Source: Sphagnum compactum
Taxonomy: Eukaryota
Direction: 5' to 3'
Length of the DNA stretch: 64,000 bases
NCBI GenBank assembly: GCA_965153455.1
Contig: OZ234493.1
Location: 35,764,213-35,828,212, forward strand
Under the pieces are notes generated by a model. The model worked only from the letters and a program-made list of their open reading frames with translations, had not been told where the DNA came from and did no database searches. This document shows, in pieces, positions 51,320 through 64,000 of this stretch. Position numbers and translations under genes: made by a program. The stretch's first letter is position 1, and each line of letters begins with the position of its first letter.

Positions 51320-54300
51320 ATGAGTACCCCAGCTGCAATGTCGGCATTGCCAGCAGCAGATTCAGCAGCAGGAGCAGTAGCAGATGTGGTCAGTCCATCG
51401 GCAGCACCGGTGGTGGTTGCAGCATTAGGAGGAGGAGGAGGAGGAGGAGGAGATGGGGTGGCAGTTGCAGCAGCAGGAGGATTGGGTGCAGATGATGGAT
51501 TGCAGCTGGTTCAAGCTCCTGCAGCAGCGACAGCAGCAGCGGCAGAAGAAGAAGAAGATCCAGAAGGTGATGGGTTCTTGTATCCGCCTCATGACGTGCG
51601 GGTGGATTGGTTGCGGCAGAAAGTGTGCATCGCATTGGACATGCCCAGACACATCTTCAACACGGCATTGAAGACGGAGAGCGGCGCCAAGTGCTTCCAG
51701 GAGTTCTTAGACGGATCTGCCCCTTGTCTCCTCTTCTACCCGGACATAGTTGTGACGCTGGTCCAAACTATGATCGATCTTCCACCACCCAAGAAGCTAG
51801 AGGGGGAGGAGGAGGAGGAGGAGGAGGAGCATAAACCCATTGTCATTCAAGAAGAGCAAGAGAAATCCGTGGACCCTATTGTCGTGGAAGAGAACAAGAG
51901 CAATAAGAAAACAGGCAAGAAAGATCAGAACAACAAAAAAGGAGGAGACAAGGAGCAGCAGCAGGAGCAACAAGAACAAGAACAACAGAAGCAGCAGCAG
52001 CAGCAACAGGGCGAAGGGGAGAAGAAGAATACAACAGCAGCAACAGCAGAGGAAGGAGGAGGCAACAACGACAAAGCTGTGGAGATGATGATGGTGGAGA
52101 GGAAGGATCCAGTGCTGTGTGTGTCGACTGGGTACTTGTCAGAGCATGCACTGTCTGTGACAATTGTGTATTTCTTGAAGATGATGACGAGCACTGGCAG
52201 CTCCATGGACATCATCACCATGGACAACAACATGGATAGCCATGTGGAGTATGGGGTGCTGCCATCAGGACCTTCCTTGAGCTGCTTGGAACAGGTAGGT
52301 AAAGAAACTAACTATCAGGCTGCTGAAGCTTGACAATCTGCAACTCTGCAAGTTTGCAAACTGTTTGCAGACTTTGAGCAATAATGCATTTGTGTGTGTG
52401 TGTGTTGTTGTGTTGTTGAGGATTGACATGTTGTGCTTCTTGCTGTGGGTGGGTGAGTAGTTGATGCTGCAGCTGTTTGTTCCACTGCTTGCACGAGAAC
52501 AAGGGATGCGAGGTGAGTCCAGGTTTTGGGTGACAGAAGAGCAGCACATGATGGAGCACATTGGGCATGAACTCCTCACCAACATGCAAAGGTTTACTGC
52601 TCAGGTACTACCCATACACATACCACACACACATGACTGTTGTTTTGCAAACCCTGATCCCAACCCTAAACCCACCATCTCCCACTTTGACTTTCTAGCA
52701 TTCCCACATTTCTTTCAACCCAGGTGCAACAATCAGCTTGTTCAGAAACATATGCACAAGATTTCCTGCATTTTTCCAACAACCCTCCAACAGTCAGCTG
52801 GAAGAAACAGTTGCTGCAAAAAGCTTTCCTGCATTCTTTCAACAACCCTGCAAATGTCCTTCTGATTTCGGACAATTTGTGCAGAAAATTTGGGTGCTTG
52901 AGGAACCTGCTGCACAAACCTTTTCCTGCAATTGTATGTAGACTATTTCATCAATTGTTGTCAGGCTGATTGCAGATGCTGATTTTGCGCACTGACACTA
53001 GTATGGTGTGGACCTGGATGTTGAGTTTTTTTTGCGTGACAAGAACTTCTAGATCATAGATCATTCTGGCAAGCAAGCAAACTGATGATCAGTTTTTGTG
53101 TGTTTGTGTTGGAATCTTGTTACTAGGTGTCTAATGCCAAGCAGCGATTAGATGGAGACTTGCAACTCGTTATCCCCACCATACCTGCAGAAAGCATGGA
53201 CAAGACTGAAGTGGACTATGAGCTCATTTTGCAGGTTCTTTCCATGGGTTCTTTTTGTTTGTTCTCAAATCCATCAATTCTGCGTTCATTCTTCTAGTAT
53301 GTTGTACATGCCAGGTTTTTGGAATTATTTTAGGATTTTTTTTTCCCCTTCTTCAAGATAGATCTCTGCATCTGTGCCTGCAGCAGGAGTTTACATCTCT
53401 ACTAGAGTTTTCTTCTTCTTTTTTTATTACCCCCTGAAAAAAAATAATCGTCATCTGAGACAAGATGTGTGGGCGTTATTTATTCTCCCTGAATTTTTTT
53501 TTCTTCTTCTGCTTGCTTCTTCTGCTTAGAAGATGATTTTATGGGTCTCCAGTGAAGGAATAATTTTTTTGGTCTTTTGTGAGCTTTTTAAATGGATTGG
53601 GTGATGTGCAGCTGGAAGGGACGCTCTCGGATTGGGTACCGGCACTTGGAACTGCCATTCACCGAGAGTCCATGAAGGTTAGAAAATAAATAAATTGATA
53701 GCCAACACTCGAATGCTCAATTTTATCAGCAAATTTTAGTAAATACAAGAAATGACATAATTGGATTATCATGATCTGTCAAACCATTGTTTTCTGTGCA
53801 CATTATTATGCGAGGAATCTTCAGGAGCTTCTTGATCTGTAACAAAAAAATATTCCTGGGATGGTCTGAGCAGCTCACCGATTATTGATGTTGACAATGT
53901 CATGGCAAAGTTGTCATGTTTTTGCAGGTGCCACTTGGAAAGAGTCCACTGGCAGAGACGGAGTTTTGGCGTGATCGTAGCAGTTCCTTAAGTAGCCTTT
54001 ATGAGCAGCTTCACTCTGTAAAAGCCAAGAGGATGCTTTCTGTGCTGGAGGCTGGAAGTAGCAACTCCAATCTCTTAGGGACATTCAAAGCCCAGGCAAG
54101 TTAACAAATCATGAACCCAGTTTTACACAATTTCAATCTCACATGATATTTTTTGAGTACAGTTTTTTGGTGCTTTTCTCGAAATCGTGGTGCTTGGTTG
54201 GTTGGGTCTTGCACCCTTTCTTTCATTTTGAACTATCTTGTCTATTGCAGGTTTCTGAGTTATCAAAGATGTTTCTTGAAGCCAAGGACAATGTGAAGTT

Positions 54301-57300
54301 TCTAACAACTCTAGAAAGGCACTTCAAGGTAACTCCATCAATCAACCGCATAAAAGAATTTCTTTTTTGGGTTCATTCTTTTTGCTAAATTTGCTAGAGT
54401 TGACACAGATGGCTTCAATAAACCTTGCACAACTAGTATGGATTTAGTGTCAATCTCATCCACTTTCTATTCCAATCCCAGTCTGTTACATTATCCTGGC
54501 ACGCAAACCCACTATTTTCTAAGAAGTCACCCTAAGTGGCAAGTGTGGCTCCTTTTGTCCTCTTTGCACTCATGTTGATTTGTGGGAGTTTTGTGTGATT
54601 GACCCATAATTATCTGCCAGACTATTTGTGATGGAAAATTGCCAAGAGCTCTAGAGACCATTAGTCCAATGATGAGTGCATTGCGCCTGGTGTGGATAAT
54701 ATCTCGCTACTACTCTGACGATGCATGTATGGGTTCACTTATGGAGCGGATTGCTTATCAGGTAATTGAAAAACACTTGATCAAGAAATTCAATAACAAA
54801 TTATTTAATCCACATTAATTGTTTATGACAAGTTTAGTTTTGTAATTTTCAGGTTTTCAAAAGGATGCACAGCAGATTGATTCTTTTGACTTGTGTTTTG
54901 TGGAGCATCAAAAATCTATTAAGAAGTTACAAAAAGACGTAATTTATTTATTGCAAAATAAGGCATTGATTTATTAGCACCAATGGAAATTGCAGATAGC
55001 TGAAAGGGTTTCTCAAGAAACAGACTTCAGAAATCTGGTGAAGAGACCAGCAGCTGAGGCGACTCGGTTGATCAGCACCTCCAAATCTGTGTTAGACTCT
55101 TGGAGTGATGTCTATTTGCAGGTTCGTGAAAAGATTGAAGTTAGTGGAAGAGATCCAAGGTAAGCTTTTTTCTCAGATATATATTCCAACTCAATTCCCC
55201 GCCCCCCCCCCCCTACAACCCAAAATAAAAAAGAAGTCAATAAATTGGGAAGTTCAAGAGCTGTTAAAAGGATGTGTTCAGAAACAAGAACTTCAAACCC
55301 AGGCACCCATTTTTCAGGAACCACAAACACGAGCTGAAAAAAACCTGATATCTACAATAAAAACAAGGTTGCAAAATGATGATACATAAATTGAGTTTTG
55401 TGATGCTGTTTTATAGCGGGTGTGGACTCTTGTTTGGTAGAAGACTAACAAAATGAAGAAATGGGCAATGCATGATTGATTGGGCTATACTTAAGCCTTG
55501 TGCTTTTTGTACACTAAAGAGAAAAAGGTAAGAGTTTTGGCATTGAACATGGGTGACTGTTGTTGGTTGTGCATGCAGGTGGGAATTTGATCGCAAAAAG
55601 CTATTTGAGCGTACAACCTACATGTCAACCATTTGTGTCGATTTGATGCATATTGTAGAAGTGGTGAATGACTTCCTTTACTTTCTGGGTCCAGACCTGA
55701 AAACAGTTACTGGGGATGTCCAGGGCATTGACAATGTCATCCATGTGAGTGCCTAATTACCAGTGCTGAGCCCAGAACCATTTTCAATACCCGCCCTCAG
55801 AAATCATGGGTTTCCTTATTGAAGTTGTGGTGGGTGCTACATAGATAGGTATGGACATACCTACCATATCTGCTAGAGCTGCCAACTCTTTCATGGGAGT
55901 TGTGGCTCTGGGATCTATTGGTTTTCTTGCAGAATTTGTTGCTGCAAGTTTGATGCAAAGGTTTGATCATCGTTGGGTCATTGTCAACAAGTCTTTGTTT
56001 CAAAGCATCTTTGGAAATTTTGAGAAAATTTCCAACTTTGCTTCAAATGAGAGTTTTTTCAGGTTTTATTTTTCCTAGTGAATCTTGTAAAAAATGAGTC
56101 ATTAATCATCTGGTTATGGCTTGTTTTGTGTCCAAGCAGAAAGTGCATGCGATGGTGGCGCCAGTTGAGAACCTCCCATTTGATGCATTTGACAAGTCAC
56201 ATGCAGCATTGTGGCAAGCAGTTGTGTACCAGTTTGATCAAGACAAGGGGAAAATTGAGGACTTAACCAAGGCTTTTATTGACACCTCTTTCAAAAAGCT
56301 CCGCAGTGCTGAAGGTGGCTCCAGAGATTGGATGGCTCATCACATTTTCTTCCCAACTCCTGCACAAAAACATTTAAAAAAAAGAATACATATATATATA
56401 TATATATATATATGTATATGTCCTAGTTAACCGTGTTGGTGTCGGTGTTTTTTCTTTCTCCTTCATCAACTCCTCACCCGGGCCTTCCAATTTTGATCAG
56501 GTGCTCTCAAGCTGCTGGAAAGCTTCAAGACTGTAAAGAGTGAAGGTGCAATCAACAGACAAATGATGGAGAAGTTCAATGACATCCTTTCTCAGGTACC
56601 CAAATCGATAGCAAATCTGAGACTGTAGTAATAACTGACTTATAACAACCATCATCTTGCAGTGTATGTAGTTTTGTATGGACCTACTTCTGCTACCTAC
56701 CTACCTACCTACCTGCTGAACTCTATTTTTCATAGAAACAGTAATAGTTGTTACTGAGACTTTTGACATTGTCAGCCCAGGTTCTTGACATCTTTCAAAG
56801 CTGAAATTTTAAAGTAGGTTGTGCCATCTGGTAACTTGCAGTTCTTGAAGGAGATAAATTTCACAAGGGAGGTGTTTCAGCTGTGTCGTGCTGCTCCACC
56901 TCTTACACGCAATCAGGTGCTTCATCTCAATAGTATTTCCAGTACTTTATGCCCAACACATCATTCATTGTGGGCACATGTTTTTTGTTGTTTCTTGTGT
57001 GATGAAGTGCAAGATTGTGCAAGCGCAAGGCAGGAACATCAGGGACATTCTGTTACCTTGTACAGCAGCACATGTGCTTACATATGAGATGTGGGTTAGC
57101 CACCGGTTGCAGGATCAATAAACTGGGCACGTTCCTTGTTCATGCGTGTGAGGAAAACAATGCGCAGTTTTCAATCACAGGGCACTGACATGACGAAGAA
57201 CCCTTTGGCACAAGAGGTACATAAAAAAACCATATTTCTCAAATCCAATAAACCCTACACCCTAAATCCTAAATGTTCAGCTCTGTATCCATGCAATTTA

Positions 57301-60300
57301 GCCACTGAATACCAATCAGTTGCAATTCAACAGTATATATATGTACATACCAGTGTTGGTCTGGTCTGGTATGGAGTTTTTTGGAAAAGTACCCTATACT
57401 GGGAGGACCCAGGCAGGTATGGTCAAAAAGTCAATACCAGACCAACACTGGTATGTATGTACCTCTCTCCATTTATCATCTAATATATATATGGATATGT
57501 GCAAAATGTGCAGATGGATTTTCAGTATCGTTCCTTGGCAAAGCAAATGATGATTTTTGAGAAGAACTGGGTCATTGAGTGGGCGCAAACAGTAAATCAG
57601 CAAGCCACATTCTATCTGAAGCAGGTATAACATCATTGAGACTTACTGATCACAGTGCCAGTTCCAGAGATTGACATCACTACTTCGTGCTCACCTTATC
57701 AAACCCCTGGCCGATGGATTTTCCTTCTTTGAATGGATCTCTCTAAGTAAAGCTGGAGCACCCAGTCACCCACCTACCTACCCACCCATTGAGAAGCATT
57801 GAAAAGTGTTGAGGATGTGAGCAATTGGGGATGAGAACAATTTTTTGTTAAAAATTATATCGCTTTTTTTTTGTGGGGGCCCATTTTTCTTTGCAGCCTG
57901 TGTTGCGGAAAGAAGGGGGTAAGACAATGCAAGTAAACTTCAGCAGAAATCTGGCTCAAATTATCAGGGAGATCAAATACTTGGATGCAATGGGCTTCCA
58001 CTTGCCTGAATTTGCACTCAGTGTGACACTACAAGAAGACAAATACGATCTTGATGTAGAGAGCCTGGAAAACATGCTAGAGGTACATGTATGACAAAAC
58101 TCATGCGCATTTCAGGGTTTAGGGTTTATCAATTTCCTCCCAAGAAACCTTCATAACTACTGTACAGCAATCCAGTACAAATTTGTTCCAGAATTTGATT
58201 GAAAGTTTCTGCCACCATTTTGTTGTGTGTTCAGTGTGTTGTTGTCTTGGTCTTTGATTCTTAACAACAGCAGCTAATGGGGGCTGCTGCCACCGCCCTT
58301 TGGCATGACATCATGTTTGCAGTACTATTATGCAACATTAGCAATGATGACGCCAACAGAATCGAAGTTGCTCAAGTCATGGGTCACCAAGCTACAAAAA
58401 GTGCTGGATCCAGGCTTTGCAGATCTGACTTGGAATGCATTGGGTATCCCTGATTTTGTCAAAAATTGCACTACTGCCATCAATGACTTCAGGTCCCTGA
58501 TTTCTCAGGTCTGTTGAATATTGCTCTTCTTATGCATGGGGTCTTTCACAGTTCAAATCCCATCTATGGTGCCCCCCCTGATAGTGTGGTTGATGATGGC
58601 AAGCTCACTTGCTCACTCAGCTTGCCAGAAATTATGCAATGTACTATCGAGTGGTCAAGCACCCTGCCCATTATGTTGTGTAAGACGCCATTGAGCCTGT
58701 TAGGGTGTAACTGGCTTTCTGGCGCCTTACCCACCATAATGGGCAAGGGTGAGACCATTCCATAACATTAAGTCTCAGGGGGTGGGCAGATTCTACAATT
58801 TAGAACAAAAAATTAATGTTCATATATGATCATCATTGGAAGATTATGTCAAGAGAATGTTATAATCTGCCACCCCAGACTGTTAATCAGATAAAAGAAA
58901 AAACCACCAAAATCCAAAATGCATCTGAAGGTGCTGCCTGTGTTGCAGAAGACCCACTGCATCTTTTGAGCTGGAATGAGCTGGGGTGCTCAATGACATT
59001 ATAGCTGGGGAGGCTGACTCCAATCTGGGAACTTGATAACAGGTGCAAAGCAACTCTGCAAATATTGAGAAAGCTATTGAGACTATTGCCAAGACAAAGT
59101 TAACTCCAATCCAACCTCCAACCAAGGAAGCTGATGTTCTAGACTTACCGGTTTAACTGCCATCACCTTTCATCCTCCACTGTGGTGACCCATTTTTGGC
59201 GAATTTAATATTCTTCACTGCAGCACTAAAATGTTTTTCATTTTGCAATGTCAGATTCCTGTTGATCTCAGCTATGGTTTTGTGGGTTAAAATTTATTAT
59301 AAAAAGAAATACTTGTTGTAATTCCAGGTTATATATCAATCAAGTATTTGGAGGGGCTTGAAACTAGCTAGGAATCACTGATACATTCTTTGCTTTGGAA
59401 ACTGAAGAGAAGGAAATTTTAGTTTATAATTTTGTTTTATGGTCTCAGGAATTTTTTGACTATCTGGACCATGGGCGCCAGCAGGTGCTGGAGGATCTCC
59501 TTCGCCAGTAAGATATGCACTCTAGTAAAATGCAGTTTTTTTTTCCTTAAGCACCGAATTTTGTCTCTGAAGGAGGAGGCTAGAAATTTTTGACCAGTGA
59601 ACTTATTACAAGCTCATGGGTAGTAGTAATTTCTTCAACATCAGGGGTTGGTCAAAAACACATTGTTGATCTGAAGCTTTTCTTTGGGGGGGGTGTAGAA
59701 TTGGGGTTGTAATACATAACCCATGATCATCATCACTGTTGACTACTGCACAGGTACCGAGCCATTGCACCTCTTCTGATGAAGATAGAAGATGCAGTGC
59801 TGGGGACAAGTACGGGTGCAGCTGCATCATTTGTCAGCTACTATTCGCATTGGGAGAAAAGAATTTTTTGGGCTCTAAATCTTATGGTATTGAATGGCAT
59901 GGGTGCTCTTCAATCCCTGTTTCATGAAAGTCTACTACGAAAGGTAATCTGTTTCTTTTAAGAAGGTAGTTCGAATTCTCTTTAGCTGATCAATCTGTAG
60001 ATGCAAATTACCATAACAAGAGCAAGCCTAAACCTAAATCTAAGTCCACCAAGGATTGCCAACCAGAACCTGCTATGTATTTATCTGTGTTGTGAATTTA
60101 TGAAGAACTGCTGGTTCTGGTTCTTTGAAAAAAACAGAATCAAAGAACTGCTGGTCCTAGTTTTCATGAAAGAACTGGCAATGAAATGGTGGTTTTTATT
60201 GTTGGTTTTTTCCAGTCACCCACTGCCAAAAAGCATGTATCTCAGCATCGGCTTTTTAAATTGAGCTGCTATTTGAATCTCCCTGATGTAGTAGTGCAGC

Positions 60301-63300
60301 CGAGCATTGCTGAAACTACAAAGATACTGGCTCGCATGGTGATTTTTTGTCACTTGCCCCAAATTCTGATTCCATGATTGATTGATGCAAGGGGTGGAAA
60401 AGACATATTTTTGTAGAGTGAAATTTTAGAGCATGTTGTTGTGTTCTTCTAATTTCTTGTCTTAAATTAAGTAAAACAAACGGAAAAAAAGAAAAGATTA
60501 CAGTTTTAGTTGACACCAAATGGGAAAAAGAATTATATTATCATATATAATGGTTAGAGACGTTGTACTGCTGGTGGTGATCAATGGGCAGGTTCGCAGT
60601 ATGGTGGATTCAGCACGGCCTTTTGTCAGGTGGATGGATGGGACTTGTCTGGAAACTCCTGAGCAGGTGTGATGCTTTTGTTGTTGGAAGTCTTAATTTA
60701 AAAGGGTGTGCCATTTTTCAAGCCTTGTGGTTTAGGTTTGAGGCGAGCGACAACATGGGTGGGTTGCACCTTTGGTGAATAATATAGATCTGATGGAATT
60801 CTCCAAGTTTTCTATTTTAAAGTTGACAGAAATGAATTAAGTTTTAGTATAGAACTCCAGCTCTTATAACATGTCAGATTGGCAAAAAACTATAGCATAT
60901 TTTACAAAATTTCCCATTAATGAAAGTCTCATAATATAGCAGCCTACTTGTTGTTGTGCACTTAAATGTGTGCTTGCTTGCTTTCTGGACTTTCTTGCAG
61001 CCACGAGGTGGAGAGGATGAGGAGCCCTACACTTTTAGTTTCTACAATGACATCTCCAGCAATCCGCAGGTGAGCTAAAAATTGAAGTCTTTTTGTCATG
61101 TAAATTTTATAGATGGCATTATCTCTTGGGCAGTGAATCTATCTGCGCTCAAGCTTTTCAACGAGGTCAGAAGCGGTTGAGGTACGTACATTGCTGCTTC
61201 TCACTCTCAAATTGTCATCAGCCAATCACCTCGGGAAGCAAATGCTTACTGTCCCTGTCAGTGAGTCATGCTTGTGAACCAAGTATGTGCGCTCGTAAAA
61301 TTGGAATGCAGCATACTTGACACCTGAATTATGTTCAGGGACCCAGCCACCACTACAAGAACATGTCTTTTCCACCCTTAGCATTTATAACATTGATATC
61401 CTTGCTGCAAAATTGTCAGTGCATTCTTGAAAAGATTTGGAACTTTGCCATGTTTTGCAGATATATATAATTGAAAGTACAACAATCCAATCTTTAATTT
61501 TGCAACTTTCTTCCACATTCAACTTTCAGCTATCAGTTTGGGACCGTTTTTTTTAACCCTTTTGGTGGTAGTGAGTTTGGCAGATAATCAAATCAATGCT
61601 GACTCTTAACAGCATCCTCCAAAAAGCAATCCAAGGAATCCACAAGTACATTCTTGTTCCCCTGAAATAATTTTCCCCAGCTGAAACAGTTATTACATGG
61701 GTGCTTCTCAGCTTGTCATGTCATGATGCATGATTGTTATGAAATGAGAATCACAAAAATTTCAGTTTAGGCACCACCAATGGATGATGATTTTGTATGC
61801 TGTGCAGGCATCTAGAAAACTGGCGCAAGTACCAACATCTTTGGAAGCAGGATAGGATGGCAATTTTGTCGAAATTTGTTGCCAAGAATCCCACTGCTGC
61901 CTTTTTTGAGAAGAAGCTTGAAAAGTACTTCAAAGTGAGACTTGATGATTGAAAACCCATGCATCATTCATATGAATCCTCATGCATCATTTGTCTCACA
62001 TTCATGTGAATCATCATCCATCATGTTTGGTAGGTACTCTTCTTCTTCTTCTTCTTCCTGCTCTGGAGAATCTGAAGATTCCTTGCAGGCAGGGGGTAAC
62101 GAAATCAAAAGATGTGGCATTGTGGATTGTTTTCTTTTGCAGGTTTCAACAGATATTTTGGTGATACCAAAGGACAAGTCTGTGGAGTTTATTCAAATCA
62201 GCTCACACCAACTTGCTGCAGCTGTGCGCACTGAAGCTCTTGCATGGTTACAAGCTATTGGTGATAGCATGTCCACTTTGGAGAAGGAGAGGGTGAAAGC
62301 TCTTCATGACAAGATGGACCGCTGGTTCAAAGTTCTTCACCAGGTATCAAATCTCCCTGATTGCTTGCATCAGCGAAAGAAAATTTACCAATATCTGAGA
62401 AAACTGCAGCATATACTGCAAGGTAGAAAAACATTCCCTTCTCTATTGAAAGCTCATGAATTCCCATTGTTAAAAATCATACTGTGACGTCTCTTGAGTG
62501 GTAGCCAACATCATGACTGGATCGTTCCATTGCAACAGAAATGCACCCAGGAAATAAGATGTCCTTCATGATGATGAAAGGCAATTGATTGATCAATTGA
62601 TCGATAGTCTAAAGTGTGACAAATTTTGTGTGTGGGGTTTTTTGCTATGGCTTTTGTTGCAGCCACCTGATTCACTGGAGAATCTGAAGATGGTGTTAAA
62701 TGTTGTGGCAGAAGTTTTGAGCTCAGGCATGGTAGTGGAATTGGAGTGAGTGAGCAAGCGAGCATCACCTCATCACCCTTTTGAGTCCTCTCTTTCTCTC
62801 CCTGTCTCTACTGTACTGAACTTCTTTCATATGCCACCCAAGTCCTGGTCCTGACATCTAATCCAGTTCCCACAGTGTAAACATCACTAGCGTTGCCCAC
62901 CTAAACCCTAAACCCTTCAAACCACCACATTTTCCTTCTTCCATGGATGATGATTCAAGAGGGGAACCCCCTGAGGCTTCACCTGAAAAAACCACATCAT
63001 GCATGCATGAATCAGGTATTTGGAGCTGGAAGAGCGTATCAGAACTCGAGAGCTGTACAACCTACAAGAGCCAATGGAAGACAAGGCACGCACATTTCTT
63101 CTCCGACAACGGTAAAAAAAGAAAGATCTCCAAATTGCTTTTTTCCAAAGCACCCAATTCTTGAAATCTTCTGACTTGTGATTTGTAAGCATAAATTTAC
63201 AGTTCTTGTCATTTTTTCCATAGGTATTCAATAAGGATGTTATGACACAAATTATGTGCATTGATCACAACTTTCTCTGTGTCCAGTTTAGGTCAAGAGT

Positions 63301-63680
63301 CTCAACTTGTTGATCGATTGGGTTCTTCCTGTACAATGTTTTATTATAACAGTATAATAATTTTTTTTAGTGATGATCGAGGATCAGAAAGCCTGTAGAG
63401 TTGGACTCCATGAGGAACAAAACACACTGACGGCTGGCTGGGCATGACTACTAGTACTTGACTCCATGTTGAATCAATCAGGTGGGATGAGCTGGAGAAG
63501 GAAGCTTCTGCCTTGTCTTTATCTCTACAAACGACCAAAAAAAACTTTGTTGAAGTAACAGAGTCACAGGTTCAAGATTTTGTGAAGACCACAGTTGAGT
63601 TTCGAGACCGAATGAATGTGAAGGGACCCGTCAAGTGCACTGACCTTGACCTTGGTCTTCAGCTGCTGGTAGAATTCCAG
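51320..63680 (+). CDS. DNAH10: Axonemal inner-arm dynein heavy chain (I1/f alpha, DNAH10/DHC1-like), N-terminal tail; partial gene continuing past the window end
   Basis: Manually spliced 28 exons give an open frame of 4347 nt (1449 codons): 51320-52294, 52461-52604, 53127-53234, 53612-53677, 53928-54095, 54251-54328, 54621-54761, 54996-55159, 55579-55744, 56140-56314, 56501-56595, 56842-56916, 57100-57216, 57514-57624, 57897-58082, 58323-58508, 59043-59150, 59449-59507, 59754-59943, 60216-60338, 60592-60666, 61001-61069, 61584-61645, 61808-61934, 62143-62343, 62663-62745, 63016-63111, 63482-63680. All introns are GT-AG except one GC-AG, and phases are consistent. Motifs recognised: PLAETEFWRDR, EAKDNVKFLTTLERHFK, MMSALRLVWIISRYY, VREKIEVSGRDPRWEFDRKKLFERTTYM, SFKKLRSAEG, NQPPVAGSINWARSLF, FVRWMDGTC. 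These match the DHC_N1 region of DNAH10-type chains as I recall them. The start codon is the first ATG after an in-frame TAG. Confidence 0.93.
57351..57450. mobile_element. 100-bp hAT-like MITE in a dynein intron
   Basis: 15-bp TIRs CAGTGTTGGTCTGGT / ACCAGACCAACACTG; the 8-bp flanks gtacatac / gtatgtat may be a decayed TSD. Confidence 0.7.
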
Positions 63681-64000
63681 GTAACTTCTTCACCTACCTG
63701 AAAAACACCCTTTTTGGGACTTTGCTGAGTGCTGAATCTCAATCCCGTCCTCTTCTACCATCTGATATATATGCTACCTTCATCCCTGCTTGGGGAAGAG
63801 TTCAAGTGTGGTAGGCTAGCTTGGGTGTAGGAGCTTTCATCACCAACATTTCAAACATACATGCATACATACATATGTATGTATGTTTACTTGTATTTTC
63901 TTTTTGTTTAGGAAGACTAGCACATCAACTGAGATCTGAAACCTGAAAAAGTGGGATTTGTCTGTGACAGGCTGAGTTTGAGATAATGCAAAAGACCAAA

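Noticed and set aside
51390-52233. Multiple overlapping ORFs on both strands
   Set aside because: Shadow frames of trinucleotide repeats in dynein exon 1.
61113-61181. Alternative dynein exon (AG...GAG|GTACGT)
   Set aside because: Has an in-frame TGA in the required phase; exon 61584-61645 supplies the expected sequence. A poison exon cannot be excluded.
61351-61361. CACTACAAGAA as a CACTA terminus (also 58028 in coding sequence)
   Set aside because: No partner TIR or subterminal repeats; probably chance.
63912-64000. Next dynein exon after tttgtttag
   Set aside because: Immediate in-frame stop (GAA GAC TAG); the real exon probably lies beyond the window.

Overview
AT-rich, intron-containing nuclear DNA from a land plant with flagellated sperm, most likely a moss or other bryophyte. 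This is inferred from miR536 plus an axonemal dynein. Main contents: (1) 1-19.8 kb is a transposon graveyard, with a decayed DDD (Sola-like) transposase, several non-autonomous CACTA elements (one intact with TIRs and TSD), and arrays of a TGGTGGCCACCA palindrome. (2) A decayed group II intron reverse-transcriptase fragment, probably an organellar insertion, lies at about 22.6-23.7 kb. (3) Two paralogous MIR536 genes on the minus strand, 14.5 kb apart, have identical mature sequences, very long hairpin loops and a shared 21-bp upstream element. (4) There are several tandem arrays, including a 180-bp dimeric satellite. (5) The first 28 exons (1449 codons) of an inner-arm dynein heavy chain, DNAH10/DHC1 (I1-alpha) type, run off the right end. 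The most unusual observation is a ~73-nt tRNA-like module with Pol III A/B boxes present four times, each time inside a CACTA-like element. All assignments were made by eye, without database searches.
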